This document shows positions 28,294 to 37,550 of a stretch of 50,999 nt of DNA, piece after piece. The position numbers and the translations under genes were made by a program. The notes beneath the pieces are model-generated. The model made no database searches and had not been told where the DNA came from. It was given only the letters and a program-made list of their open reading frames with translations. Each line of letters starts with the position of its first letter. Position 1 is the stretch's first letter. The stretch is taken from contig CAZVGK010000026.1 in NCBI GenBank assembly GCA_964626665.1, forward strand, positions 1 to 50,999. The letters are read 5' to 3'. The stretch is from an uncultured Gemmatimonadota bacterium (GTDB lineage: Bacteria; SM23-81; DAOVCL01).

Positions 28294-29289
28294 TTAAACA
28301 TCTATCTTCCTTAAGTATTCCGCACATTTCTCCGGGAGGGCTGTGTTAATATAGATCCCTGTCCCGATTTCAAACCCAGCTGGTATAGTAAGCTTGGGGA
28401 TGATTACCATATACCAGTGATAATGTTTCACCTGAGGGGTCTCCGTGCGCCAGGAACGGATGATGTAGTTGTAGTCAGGATTTTCCAAACCGATATAGAT
28501 TTTCTTTAGGGTAAACCGCAGGCTGTCGGCCAGATCCTCTATCTCCTCTGAGGTAATTCCCCCAAAGGAGGAGGTGTGTCGTTTGGGAAGTATCCTCACC
28601 TCAAAAGGAGAACGGGAGGCAAACGGGCAGAAACTCACGAAATGTTCTGACTCGATTACCACCCTGATCCTTTGGGAGAGCTCCTCCTTAAGCATATGGC
28701 AGAAGACACAGGCCCCGTAGGTGTCGTAGGCCACCCGGCATTTGTTCATATGGTCCCTGACATAAGGAGGCACTATGGGAGTGGCGATTATCTGAGAATG
28801 GGGATGTTCCAGGGAAGTCCCGGCCTTTTTCCCGTTATTCCGGAAGATGTTAATTAGATTCACCCGCTCATCCTGAGCTAATTCTGCATACCTCACCTTG
28901 TAGGCCTGTAATATATTCCTTACCGTGGCATGATCCATTGTGGCGATGGTTAGGTTGTGTTGTGGGGATTCAATTACCACCTCTGCCATCCCAAATCCCC
29001 CGGCCCTGAGGAATTTTCCTACTTGCTCCCTCTTGGGGGAGAGGTCTGGCTGCAGAGCAGCAAACTTGTTAGGGACCACTCGTAACCTCCATCCGTTATC
29101 TCCGTCAATTGTATAGAGGGGTGGAGGGGTCTTCTCCTCATTGCCTGCACAGAAAGGGCAATCATCCCGGTGAGGGGGAAGCTCCTCCTTTGCAGGGTTG
29201 CCCTTAGCGAAGTCCTCTGGCCTTTTGGCCCTTTCCGTGGCAATTACTACCCACTCTTTGGATATGGGATTCTGTCTGAACTCTGGCAT
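28294..29289 (-). CDS. galT: Galactose-1-phosphate uridylyltransferase family protein
   Basis: ERAKRP, CPFCAGNE, RVVPNKFAAL and AGTSLEHPHSQ (HxHxQ) motifs. Confidence 0.9.
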   Translation of the reverse strand: MPEFRQNPISKEWVVIATERAKRPEDFAKGNPAKEELPPHRDDCPFCAGNEEKTPPPLYTIDGDNGWRLRVVPNKFAALQPDLSPKREQVGKFLRAGGFGMAEVVIESPQHNLTIATMDHATVRNILQAYKVRYAELAQDERVNLINIFRNNGKKAGTSLEHPHSQIIATPIVPPYVRDHMNKCRVAYDTYGACVFCHMLKEELSQRIRVVIESEHFVSFCPFASRSPFEVRILPKRHTSSFGGITSEEIEDLADSLRFTLKKIYIGLENPDYNYIIRSWRTETPQVKHYHWYMVIIPKLTIPAGFEIGTGIYINTALPEKCAEYLRKIDV

Positions 29290-29413
29290 AAAAGCCCCTT
29301 AGGCGAATTGAGCTTCCTTCGGTTGTACTATGAGGTATGGCACAATTCCTGTTGACGTATATTGTGATGGATGATGGAGATCAAGTTGAATTTGGCTATA
29401 GGCCTGGGGTGTT

Positions 29414-30175
29414 TTAAAAGGTTTGCAAGGCCTCTTCTTCGGTCTTATAGACCTCAAGAAACTGGGTAAGCCCAGTCAATTGGAAGATTCTCTTTACATT
29501 CTCCTGCAGCCCTGATACCTTCAGGTTTCCCTTCTCCTTTTTTAAGGAGGTCATCCCGGAAATCAGTGCTCCCAGGGCGGAGCTATCCATATAGGAAACC
29601 CGATCCAAGTTTATTAAGACATTACTCTTCCCTCGCTTGGCCTGCTCGGCGATGGCCTCCTTTAAAAGGGCAGAATTGGATATATCCAATTCCCCTGAAG
29701 GGGCGATAATCACCACATCGCCCTTAACATTAACCTCCGTTTTCATCTCTCCCTCCTCCTTTTTGTCCTTGGTTAGCTTGGTGAGGATAACCTCAAACCC
29801 CTGGGAAGGGGAACTGTCAAACCTCACCTCATCCGTAAGGTTTTCCATCAAAAAGACCCCTAACCCATGATCGTCGAGGCTATCAATGGCCCTTGATTTA
29901 AGTTCCCCTTTCTTAGGTTTTGGCCCAAAGTTTCTTACCCTAACCTGAACCCAGCCGGGTTGATAGAGTAGTTTAAACACCACCTTTTTACTCTCATCCC
30001 CCCGATAAGCGTGCTTGATGGCATTGGCATAGACCTCATTGACCGCCAGTTTTAAATCCTCACTTTCTTGCGGGGTAAACCCCACCAGCTTGGCCAATCT
30101 TCCCAGGCAATCCCTGATCATCCCTATGATCTCCGCTTGGCTGGGGAGGATGAAAATTAACTTCCCTCTGGCCAT
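29414..30175 (-). CDS. RsbW-type anti-sigma/Ser kinase fused to a STAS anti-anti-sigma domain
   Basis: DLKLAVNEVYANAIKHAY and HGLGVFLM (HATPase_c), then GELDI...LDRVSYMDSSALGAL (STAS). Confidence 0.9.
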   Translation of the reverse strand: MARGKLIFILPSQAEIIGMIRDCLGRLAKLVGFTPQESEDLKLAVNEVYANAIKHAYRGDESKKVVFKLLYQPGWVQVRVRNFGPKPKKGELKSRAIDSLDDHGLGVFLMENLTDEVRFDSSPSQGFEVILTKLTKDKKEEGEMKTEVNVKGDVVIIAPSGELDISNSALLKEAIAEQAKRGKSNVLINLDRVSYMDSSALGALISGMTSLKKEKGNLKVSGLQENVKRIFQLTGLTQFLEVYKTEEEALQTF

Positions 30176-30177
30176 AT

Positions 30178-30504
30178 CTATCTGTAGAGGAGAGAAGGCT
30201 CCCCCACCTCCAGCCTCCGCTTGATCTCCTCCCTCCTCTGAGACATCCCCTTCATTCCCTCCTGGGTAAGGATGTGTGGCGTCAAGAAGATGATCAATTC
30301 CGTCTTTAGTTTCTCCTGATCTTCATTCCGGAATAACCATTTGAGGGGGAAGAGATCGCCTAAAAGGGGTATCTTATGGGTCATCCCCTTTTTGCCCTCC
30401 TTGAGGAGGCCCCCCATAACCACCGTTTCCCCATCGGGCACGGAGACGGTGGCATCGGCTTCCCTGGTGCCTATTCTGGGCACCCCTTGGACCAACTTAT
30501 CCAA
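30178..30504 (-). pseudogene. C-terminal fragment of a secretin (GspD/PilQ)
   Basis: VPDGETVVMGGLL, KIPLLGDLFPLKWLFR and KTELIIFLTPHI motifs. An in-frame TGA lies 8 codons upstream of the TTG. No signal peptide or N domains. Confidence 0.75.
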
Positions 30505-30747
30505 AACCTTACTAACCCGATCTATTCATAAATTTCCCATGGCTTCGGGCAAGCAAAGGTTACCTTAGCTATCAGGAATGTCCTCATCTGCCGGTTTGGG
30601 GTTAATTTGCTGATAACTGGTGGCCGTCAACTGATAACCGCTTTTTTTCTACCTGAATTTAGTTGGGGGTTAGTGCCTGGGCCTTGTGTCGGCAGATGAG
30701 GGCATTTGCCGGCTGAATGGATCCCACCCCCGATAGCTACCCTCAAG

Positions 30748-30799
30748 CTGACTCCTGACTCCTGACAACTGACTGCTGACTACTGATTCCTGATTACTG
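30748..30799. repeat. Tandem heptamer repeat (CTGAYNN)x7
   Basis: ctgactc ctgactc ctgacaa ctgactg ctgacta ctgattc ctgatta. Confidence 0.85.
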
Positions 30800-30807
30800 T
30801 AACCCCA

Positions 30808-31317
30808 TTACGAATCCTCTATTACATAGAAGCCCTCCTCATCACGGGGGAGTTCGGTTATTCCGGGGTGCTTCTTTTCCAGATCAGAGAGGAGATCAGC
30901 CTGTCTTTTTACCGTTTGCTGGAGGCTTCTGTTTTCCTTCAGCAGCTTATGATGTTCCAAGGCGTGGCGAATGGTTAGCTTCAGCTCCTCCGAATCCCAG
31001 GGCTTGATGACGAACCTGTAAACCTCACCTTTGTTTATGGCACTGATGGCTACTTCAGAATCGGCCCCGCCGGTAATCAAAAGCCTTATGGTATCAGGCC
31101 AGCGTTTCTTGAGGATATACAGGAGTTCAATCCCACTCATCCCTGGCATTTGGTTGTCGGCCAATATCAAATCCACCTTAGTTTCATTCAGTTTAGTCAA
31201 GGCCTCTTGTCCGCTGGAAGCGGTGAGAATGTGGTATCCATCCGGATGCAATGCCCGAACCAGAGAGTTTCTCACCTTTTCTTCGTCATCAACGATAAGT
31301 ATGGTATAGCCTTCCAT
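30808..31317 (-). CDS. Response regulator (receiver + short coiled-coil tail)
   Basis: ILIVDDE, ADNQMPGMSG and KPW motifs. AGGAGG SD before ATG 31317. Confidence 0.9.
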   Translation of the reverse strand: MEGYTILIVDDEEKVRNSLVRALHPDGYHILTASSGQEALTKLNETKVDLILADNQMPGMSGIELLYILKKRWPDTIRLLITGGADSEVAISAINKGEVYRFVIKPWDSEELKLTIRHALEHHKLLKENRSLQQTVKRQADLLSDLEKKHPGITELPRDEEGFYVIEDS

Positions 31318-31662
31318 AAATTTCCTCCTTTTACGGTTCCATCCTACCAAAACGAGGTGGCAGAACCCCGATTTTGCCACCCTCCTTTTGCCGTCAGAAT
31401 CGGGGTTCTTACATTTCCTAACCAGCTTCCCCCCAACCCCTCCTGGCTCGGGGCAGGTAGTTGGGGGTTTTTAGCTTCTACCTGACTTTAGTTTAGCCCC
31501 ATTTTAGGGCCTGAAGGCCCTTTACCCGCACTAAAGTGCGGTAGAAGCCCATGCTGAGGGGCGGAATCTAACTCTGCAACCCTTCCCCTTTTGCCGTCAG
31601 ATGAGGGCATCTGACGGCTCAGTGAATCATTCAAAAGGGAAATGGTTTCTTCATTCTAAATT

Positions 31663-32973
31663 CTAAGCCTCCTCAGGGGCCTCAGGTTTGTAGACATAGA
31701 CTCCACCCACAATGGGGTCTATGCGGTGATAATTGAGGATTTTGTCAATATGAGCCTTTTTGATTACCTCTTCCTTGGGAATAAGCAGAATCCCTTTTGA
31801 GGTATAGAGATCACGGGAGAGAACCATCCCTTCCTCCAGTTGCTGAAGGGGAAGTCTGAGCTCCACCCTTTCTTTAGCCTTTGCTTCCCTAACCTCCAGG
31901 AGTTCAAGGAAGGTGTTCACCACCTCGGGATCAAATTTTATCCCCCGTTCCCTCTTCAGTTTTTCTATGGCCTGAAACTTGGTAACCTTCTGGGAATATC
32001 CTCTTCTGTTGACTAATGTATCGTAGGCATCAACAACGGAGATGATGCGGGAACCCAGGGGGATATTGTCCTCTCTCTCGCCATCTGGATAGCCCGTTCC
32101 ATCATAGTTTTCGTGATGATGCCTGATCAAAACCCCAACTGGTTGGAGGTTTTCGATAACCTGGATACATGCCTGTCCTATTATGGGATGCTGTTCGTAA
32201 GTTCTTTTTTCCTCCTGGTTCATCTCCTCGTAGGGTTTAGCCAGAATCTTGTCCGCTATCCCTATCTTGCCTATATCGTGCAGGATGGCGGCTATCTCCA
32301 CATCCAAAACTTCCTTTTCGTCCAGCCCCCACTTCTCAGCAATACTTTTGGAGAATGCGGCTACTCTCTTCGAATGGCTACCTGTGTAGGAATCCCGCAG
32401 CTCTACCAAGCCAGCGAAGGCCCGGATGCTGTTGAGGAAGTTTCTCGCTAAATCCCCGTAAAGCTTGGATAGTTCTTCGTTTTTCTCTTTTATCTCCTTG
32501 GCCCGTTCTTCAACCCTCTTTTCCAGGTCCCTGTTCAGCTCCCGCAGTTCCTCGTTCTGCTTCTTGGTTAGCTCGTTTAACCTCCTGTTCTCCAAGGTAA
32601 GGTCATATTGCTGTAGGGCTCTTTTTACGGTGATCTTCAGGTCTTCATCGTTCCATGGTTTAGTGATGTAGCGATAAACCTCCCCCTTGTTTATGGCATC
32701 CATAGCCGCCTGGGCATCGGCATAGCCGGTAAGGATGATCCTCACCGTATCCGGGGAGGTCTTCTTTACCTCCTTCAAGAACTCCACCCCGGTCATCTGG
32801 GGCATTCTATGATCGGAGAGAATGAGGTCGACCTGATTTTGGGCGATCTTCTCTAATCCCTCCTTTCCACTGGAGGCGGCTAAGATGTTATATCCCTCTT
32901 TGCGGAATACCCTCTGCAGGGATCGCTGGATGTTCTCCTCATCATCTACAAAGAGAAGGGTGTGTTCGGGCAT
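31663..32973 (-). CDS. Receiver + coiled coil + HD-GYP phosphodiesterase + C-terminal accessory domain
   Basis: SDHRMPQMTG receiver, HSKRV, LHDIGK and HHENYDGTGYPDG. Confidence 0.93.
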   Translation of the reverse strand: MPEHTLLFVDDEENIQRSLQRVFRKEGYNILAASSGKEGLEKIAQNQVDLILSDHRMPQMTGVEFLKEVKKTSPDTVRIILTGYADAQAAMDAINKGEVYRYITKPWNDEDLKITVKRALQQYDLTLENRRLNELTKKQNEELRELNRDLEKRVEERAKEIKEKNEELSKLYGDLARNFLNSIRAFAGLVELRDSYTGSHSKRVAAFSKSIAEKWGLDEKEVLDVEIAAILHDIGKIGIADKILAKPYEEMNQEEKRTYEQHPIIGQACIQVIENLQPVGVLIRHHHENYDGTGYPDGEREDNIPLGSRIISVVDAYDTLVNRRGYSQKVTKFQAIEKLKRERGIKFDPEVVNTFLELLEVREAKAKERVELRLPLQQLEEGMVLSRDLYTSKGILLIPKEEVIKKAHIDKILNYHRIDPIVGGVYVYKPEAPEEA

Positions 32974-33512
32974 AAGTTACCTTTCTCGCTTTGCTTATGG
33001 GAATTCTACTCAAACCAAGGGGGGTTCATGAATTGTAGGGGCTCCGATGAATCGGAGCCCGTAAGATTCGGGTCGCATAAATGCGACCCCTACATTTCTA
33101 TCCGGCTTTAGCTGAGGGTTTTTAGGGCTTTAGCCCTTTTGGAGTGCTAGGGGCTCCTGTCACAGCCCACGTCAACAGGAGTTACCACACTCCATAGTGG
33201 TCCTAAAGGGTCTTAACCCAGCGCTGAAGTGCGGTAGAAAAGAACGCAGTCCTGTCATTGCGAGGCTTGTCCGGGGGGAACGAGGGGACTTGCCGAAGCA
33301 ATCCGACGAAGTCGTTGCGAATCCGCCATGCTTCTTGGCGGATGAAGCAATCCCTTGGAGATTGCTTCACTTCGCTCGCAATGATAACCATTGAGGTGGC
33401 ATCCCGATTTATCAGGATGCCACCACCCTCTGCCGTCAGATGAGGGCATCTGACGGCTCAGCGCGATGGCTCAAGGAATTTGCTGATCCCCGATCCCTGT
33501 AAACTGCTTGCT

Positions 33513-34373
33513 TCACTCCTTAAGCAGGGAGAGGAAACCACTTGCCCTCTCCACCTCATCGCCTATCTCCTTCAGCCAGCTCCCCACTAAGTTCAAATTC
33601 AACTTCAGACCATCCCATATCCGTCTGTTTATCTGAGGGACAAGGTCATCCCCCGAATAGCCGATCCCCATCCCTTTGACTATGATATCAGCCAAATGCA
33701 CTGCTGAAACGAGTTTGAGCTGCACCTCCGCGGAAGTGGGATTATGATGGAAGGCAATTGCTTCCTCTAAAGCCTGTGGGAGATTCCACTTTTGGGCCAG
33801 GAACCTGCCTATCTGGGCGTGAGAAATCTCCAAAATCTCCTCCTCCGCCTCATAGATGGGGATGTCCTTCTCCTTAACCAACTGCAGGACCTTGAGAAAT
33901 TCCTCAGTGAGTAACTGTTCCAGAACGAGTTTCCCTATATCGTGGAGTAGCCCACCTACAAATGCCTCCTCGGGATCCTTCACTCCTAAATGCCTGCTTA
34001 TCACCCTGGTAGTGGCCCCACAGGCTATGGAGTGTTCCCAAAAACGATATTTGTCAAATTCCTCGGCCTTAGAGTCCTGGGAAAAGGTCTCGAAAACGGA
34101 GACGGAAAGGACTATATTTTTCACTACATTAAAACCCAATAAGACCACCGCCTGGCTGATGGTGCTTATTTGACGCTGACAGCCGTAGAAGGCAGAGTTT
34201 ACCAAGCGAAGGACCTTAGAAGCAATGGATTGATCTTTAACGATAACCTTCCCCACATCAGAGGCAGAGACATCAGGGTCATCAAGCATATGGGTGGTCT
34301 TATCTAAGACCATTGGCAGGGTAGGCAAACCGGAGATGCCATCAATTACCCTCTTGATTGCTTCCTCCTTCAT
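33513..34373 (-). CDS. HDOD domain protein
   Basis: LPTLP, LRLVNSAFYG, FWEHS, GLLHDIGK, WNLP and IAFHH motifs. Confidence 0.95.
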   Translation of the reverse strand: MKEEAIKRVIDGISGLPTLPMVLDKTTHMLDDPDVSASDVGKVIVKDQSIASKVLRLVNSAFYGCQRQISTISQAVVLLGFNVVKNIVLSVSVFETFSQDSKAEEFDKYRFWEHSIACGATTRVISRHLGVKDPEEAFVGGLLHDIGKLVLEQLLTEEFLKVLQLVKEKDIPIYEAEEEILEISHAQIGRFLAQKWNLPQALEEAIAFHHNPTSAEVQLKLVSAVHLADIIVKGMGIGYSGDDLVPQINRRIWDGLKLNLNLVGSWLKEIGDEVERASGFLSLLKE

Positions 34374-34693
34374 TCCGTCCTTCTCTCAACTAAGTATTCA
34401 AATATCTTCTCCTTCAGCCCGTTCATAATGGGATCTTGGGCTACCAGGCGGAACCTCTTGTCCAGATCCTCCGCGATATTCTTCTTTATCCCTTCTATCT
34501 CCTCAGGGCTGAGAGGAACTTCCTCCTCATCGCTTTCTACCCAAACTAAATCCACCCCCCTTTGGTTCAATCTGGGTATCAATTGCTCACTTAGGGTGAC
34601 TCCTTTGGCTACCAGGAGTTTCCCGGTAATGTCTATAATATCCTTGGCCACCACCATCCCTGACTGCAGTTGATCTGTCCTTAGCTTTTTCAT
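34370..34693 (-). CDS. Small protein resembling the accessory domain found on HD-GYP proteins
   Basis: LQSGMVVAKDI...GKLLVAKGVTL, similar to LEEGMVLSRDL...GILLIPK at the C-terminus of 31663-32973. ATGA overlaps on both sides. Confidence 0.75.
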   Translation of the reverse strand: MKKLRTDQLQSGMVVAKDIIDITGKLLVAKGVTLSEQLIPRLNQRGVDLVWVESDEEEVPLSPEEIEGIKKNIAEDLDKRFRLVAQDPIMNGLKEKIFEYLVERRTE

Positions 34694-35514
34694 CCTTCGA
34701 AGGCAACCAGAATGGTCCCTTTTGTCCCCAAGTGACCTTCAAAGGGGGCACATTTAATTGTGAGGGAAGCGTCTCTGTGGGAAAAGCCCTTTAAATCTGT
34801 GGGCTGCTTTGTGTGTAGTGTCTGCTTAATTAGCTCGGAGAGCTCTCGAGGGAGGGTCTCTTCCGCCTTAGATCCCAGGGCGTTTGCCCCGGTTCCATCG
34901 AAGAATTGGGGGGCAGCCTCATTGAGAAAGACGATGTTCTCCTCATCGTCTGTTCCTATGACCCCTACCGGAAGCCGGGCGACGATCTGTTGGGCCAACA
35001 TTAATGCTCGGTTCCTGATAAACAGCTCCCTGGTTCTCTCCTCAACTTTCTTTTCCAAATCCTCATTTAATATCTTCAGCTCCTCATTTTGTTTCTTTAT
35101 CTTTTCCGTCAGTTCCCTATTCTCCATCTGGAGCTCCCACTGCTCCAAGGCCCTTTTGATGATAGATTTCAGCCCCTCATCATTCCAGGGCTTGAGGATG
35201 AACTGATAGATGTGTCCCTCATTGATTGCCGAAGTGATGGCAGTTACATCCGTGTAACCACTCAAGATGATCCTGATGATATCCGGATAAATCTCCATCG
35301 CCTTCTTCAAGAACTCCACCCCCTGCATCCCTGGCATCCTCTGATCCGAGATGATGAGGTTGACCTCCCCTTGCTCTTTCAAGATCTTTAGTCCTTCCTC
35401 GCCTGAGTTGGCCGTCAGAAGCTCATAGTTCTCCCGTCTCAACAGTCGGCGAAGGGAGCTGAGGATGTTTACCTCATCATCTACCGCCAGTATCCTATGT
35501 TTTTTCTCTTCCAT
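34690..35514 (-). CDS. Response regulator (receiver + coiled coil + PAS-like domain)
   Basis: ILAVDDE, SDQRMPGMQG and KPW; C-terminal LPVGVIGTD...IVFLNEAA PAS start. Confidence 0.9.
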   Translation of the reverse strand: MEEKKHRILAVDDEVNILSSLRRLLRRENYELLTANSGEEGLKILKEQGEVNLIISDQRMPGMQGVEFLKKAMEIYPDIIRIILSGYTDVTAITSAINEGHIYQFILKPWNDEGLKSIIKRALEQWELQMENRELTEKIKKQNEELKILNEDLEKKVEERTRELFIRNRALMLAQQIVARLPVGVIGTDDEENIVFLNEAAPQFFDGTGANALGSKAEETLPRELSELIKQTLHTKQPTDLKGFSHRDASLTIKCAPFEGHLGTKGTILVAFEG

Positions 35515-35596
35515 TTTTTACCACCTAACCTTGTGACAGCTCGAGGTTTAGGTGATTGCTAATTGATCATTTTTACTTGTTTAGTGAATGTAGCCT

Positions 35597-36565
35597 CTAC
35601 GCTTGCCTGCTCTCCTTTAAGAACTCCAGAAAACGCTCCACCACCAATGGATCAAACTGTCTCCCCCTTTCTTTCGAGAGAATATCAACTGCTTTTTGGG
35701 GAGATAAGGCTCTTCTGTAAGGCCTATCAGAGGTAATCGCATCATAGGCATCGGCAACTGCTATGATCCTTGACCCTATGGGTATCTCGTCTCCAGCTAA
35801 ACCATCTGGATAGCCAGATCCATCATAGTGCTCGTGATGACTACGGATTAAAGGAGCTACTTTTCCTAAAAATCTCACCTGCTTAACAACATTCTCTCCC
35901 ATTTCAGGATGTCTCTTGATATGATCCCACTCTTTGCTGGTGAGTTTGCCAGCCTTATTCAAAACCTCAGCCTCTACGCCTATCTTCCCAAAATCATGAA
36001 GATAACTGGCATACTCCAGATACTTAGTCTCCTCCTCAGAAAGGTTCAGCCTTTTGCCAATCTCCAGTGCGTATCGGGCTACCCTAGCACAATGGCCTCT
36101 GGTATATGGATCCTTAAGCTCGACAGCCTCTGATAACGCCCTGATAGTGTCCAGGCTAGCGCTTTTTAGAGTCTCAACCAGCTCCAAGGTTGAGTTGTAT
36201 TTGTCCAGGGCCTGGTGGATTGTATACTTGATCTCCTTTTCATCCCAAGGTTTGGTGATATACCGATAAACTTCCCCATCATTAATTGCCGCTATTGCTA
36301 CCTCGATATCCGTATATCCAGTGAGCATTATCCTGATTGTTTCCGGCGACCTCTTCTTTACCTGCCGCAAGAAATCCACCCCACTCATCCGGGGCATCCT
36401 CTGATCGGATATGACCAAGGAGACTTGATGTGAATTCAACTTCTCTAAACCCTCAATTCCATTAGAGGCTGTCAGAATGTTATAGCCCTCCTTGTGAAAC
36501 AATCTCTTCAGAGAATGCAAAACATTCTCTTCGTCGTCTACTAAAAGTAGTGTAGAAGATGGCAT
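35597..36565 (-). CDS. Receiver + HD-GYP phosphodiesterase (RpfG-like)
   Basis: SDQRMPRMSG, KDPYTRGHCARV, LHDFGK, HHEHYDGSGYPDGL and DRPYR motifs. Confidence 0.95.
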   Translation of the reverse strand: MPSSTLLLVDDEENVLHSLKRLFHKEGYNILTASNGIEGLEKLNSHQVSLVISDQRMPRMSGVDFLRQVKKRSPETIRIMLTGYTDIEVAIAAINDGEVYRYITKPWDEKEIKYTIHQALDKYNSTLELVETLKSASLDTIRALSEAVELKDPYTRGHCARVARYALEIGKRLNLSEEETKYLEYASYLHDFGKIGVEAEVLNKAGKLTSKEWDHIKRHPEMGENVVKQVRFLGKVAPLIRSHHEHYDGSGYPDGLAGDEIPIGSRIIAVADAYDAITSDRPYRRALSPQKAVDILSKERGRQFDPLVVERFLEFLKESRQA

Positions 36566-36887
36566 CTCTAATTTCTCCTGTTCGGTTTTTGGCAAAAGGC
36601 AATAGTTCAACCACAGAATCTCACGGAACTACACAGCTCTTCTCCGCAACCGCAAAGTTCGCAGAGTAGACGCGGAGAACGCAAAGAAAGAAATGCACTT
36701 TATGACCTTTGCGCCTTCTTCGGGTTCTTTGCGGTTATTGTTTGCGGCTTTGCCGCACTGTGAACTGTTACCAAACCGGGAAGAAAAGTCCCCCAATTAT
36801 TCTCTTGACTTTTTTAGATAACCCCTTTAAATTTAGTCAGACTAAAATTAAAAGAGAAGAGCGAGATGATACCCGAAATTATAATGA

Positions 36888-37492
36888 GGTGGCAGAACCC
36901 CGATTCTGCCACCGTTCCCCCGTGCCGTCAGGTAAGGGCACTTGATGGCTGGCCGAGGGCGGTCAGATGAGGGCATCTGACCGCTCAATCATTGGTGGCT
37001 CGGAGGATCTGAGCAGGAACTTATGAATAATTCGGGTACTCAGGTCACATTATAGTTTGCACGTTGGTATTTCAAGTGTCATTGCGAGGCTTGTCCCGAG
37101 CGCAAGCGAGGAAACTGGCCGAAGCAATCCGACGAAGTCGTTGCGAATCCCGATGAAATCGGGATGAAGCAATCCCTTGGAGATTGCTTCACTTCGTTCG
37201 CCCCGTTAGATATCAATGACATCTCAGGAAAATTTGCCATTAAGATATTGTCTAACGGGGCGAGCAATGACACTAAATGAGACATTGCTGCGCTGCCCCC
37301 TCACTTCATTCGGGGCTACGGCTCACCGCAATGAGATGTAATCTATTTAGTGTCTGTCCGGAAATACCCACATTTCTTGTCATTCCGGCAATCTTTAAAC
37401 CGGAATCTGCTTGAGATCAGCAATGGATTCCCGCTAACGGCGTACGGGAATGACAAATTCGGACAGACACTATTTAGAGGTCCCAGTAGTAA
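36888..37492. repeat. Cluster of nested REP/MITE elements (families B, A, C, D)
   Basis: Family B copy at 36888-37031, then family A at 37037-37492, interrupted by family C (37200-37261) and family D (37350-37470). Confidence 0.85.
37350..37470. mobile_element. 121-bp MITE (family D)
   Basis: Terminal inverted repeats GTGTCTGTCC/GGACAGACAC, flanked by TATTTA direct repeats. Second same-length copy at 46092-46212. Confidence 0.8.
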
Positions 37493-37550
37493 GTTCACAT
37501 CACATTGAAATACCATCAGGAGACTCCTCGCCCCATCTGCTCAGGGCACC

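Noticed and set aside
29336-29355. Sigma54-like TGGCACAATTCCTGTT
   Set aside because: Poor -12 element, and it is on the strand opposite the flanking genes.
33197-33449. Several 60-70 aa ORFs (also 5600-5815, 15323-15532, 37079-37285, 43658-43945)
   Set aside because: They are translations of REP/MITE sequence (VIAR..., EAI..., RND motifs), not credible genes.
36805-36833. Plus-strand TTGACT-N17-TAAATT promoter-like motif
   Set aside because: It points into repeats with no plus-strand gene and may be chance in an AT-rich tract. An antisense RNA cannot be supported from sequence alone.
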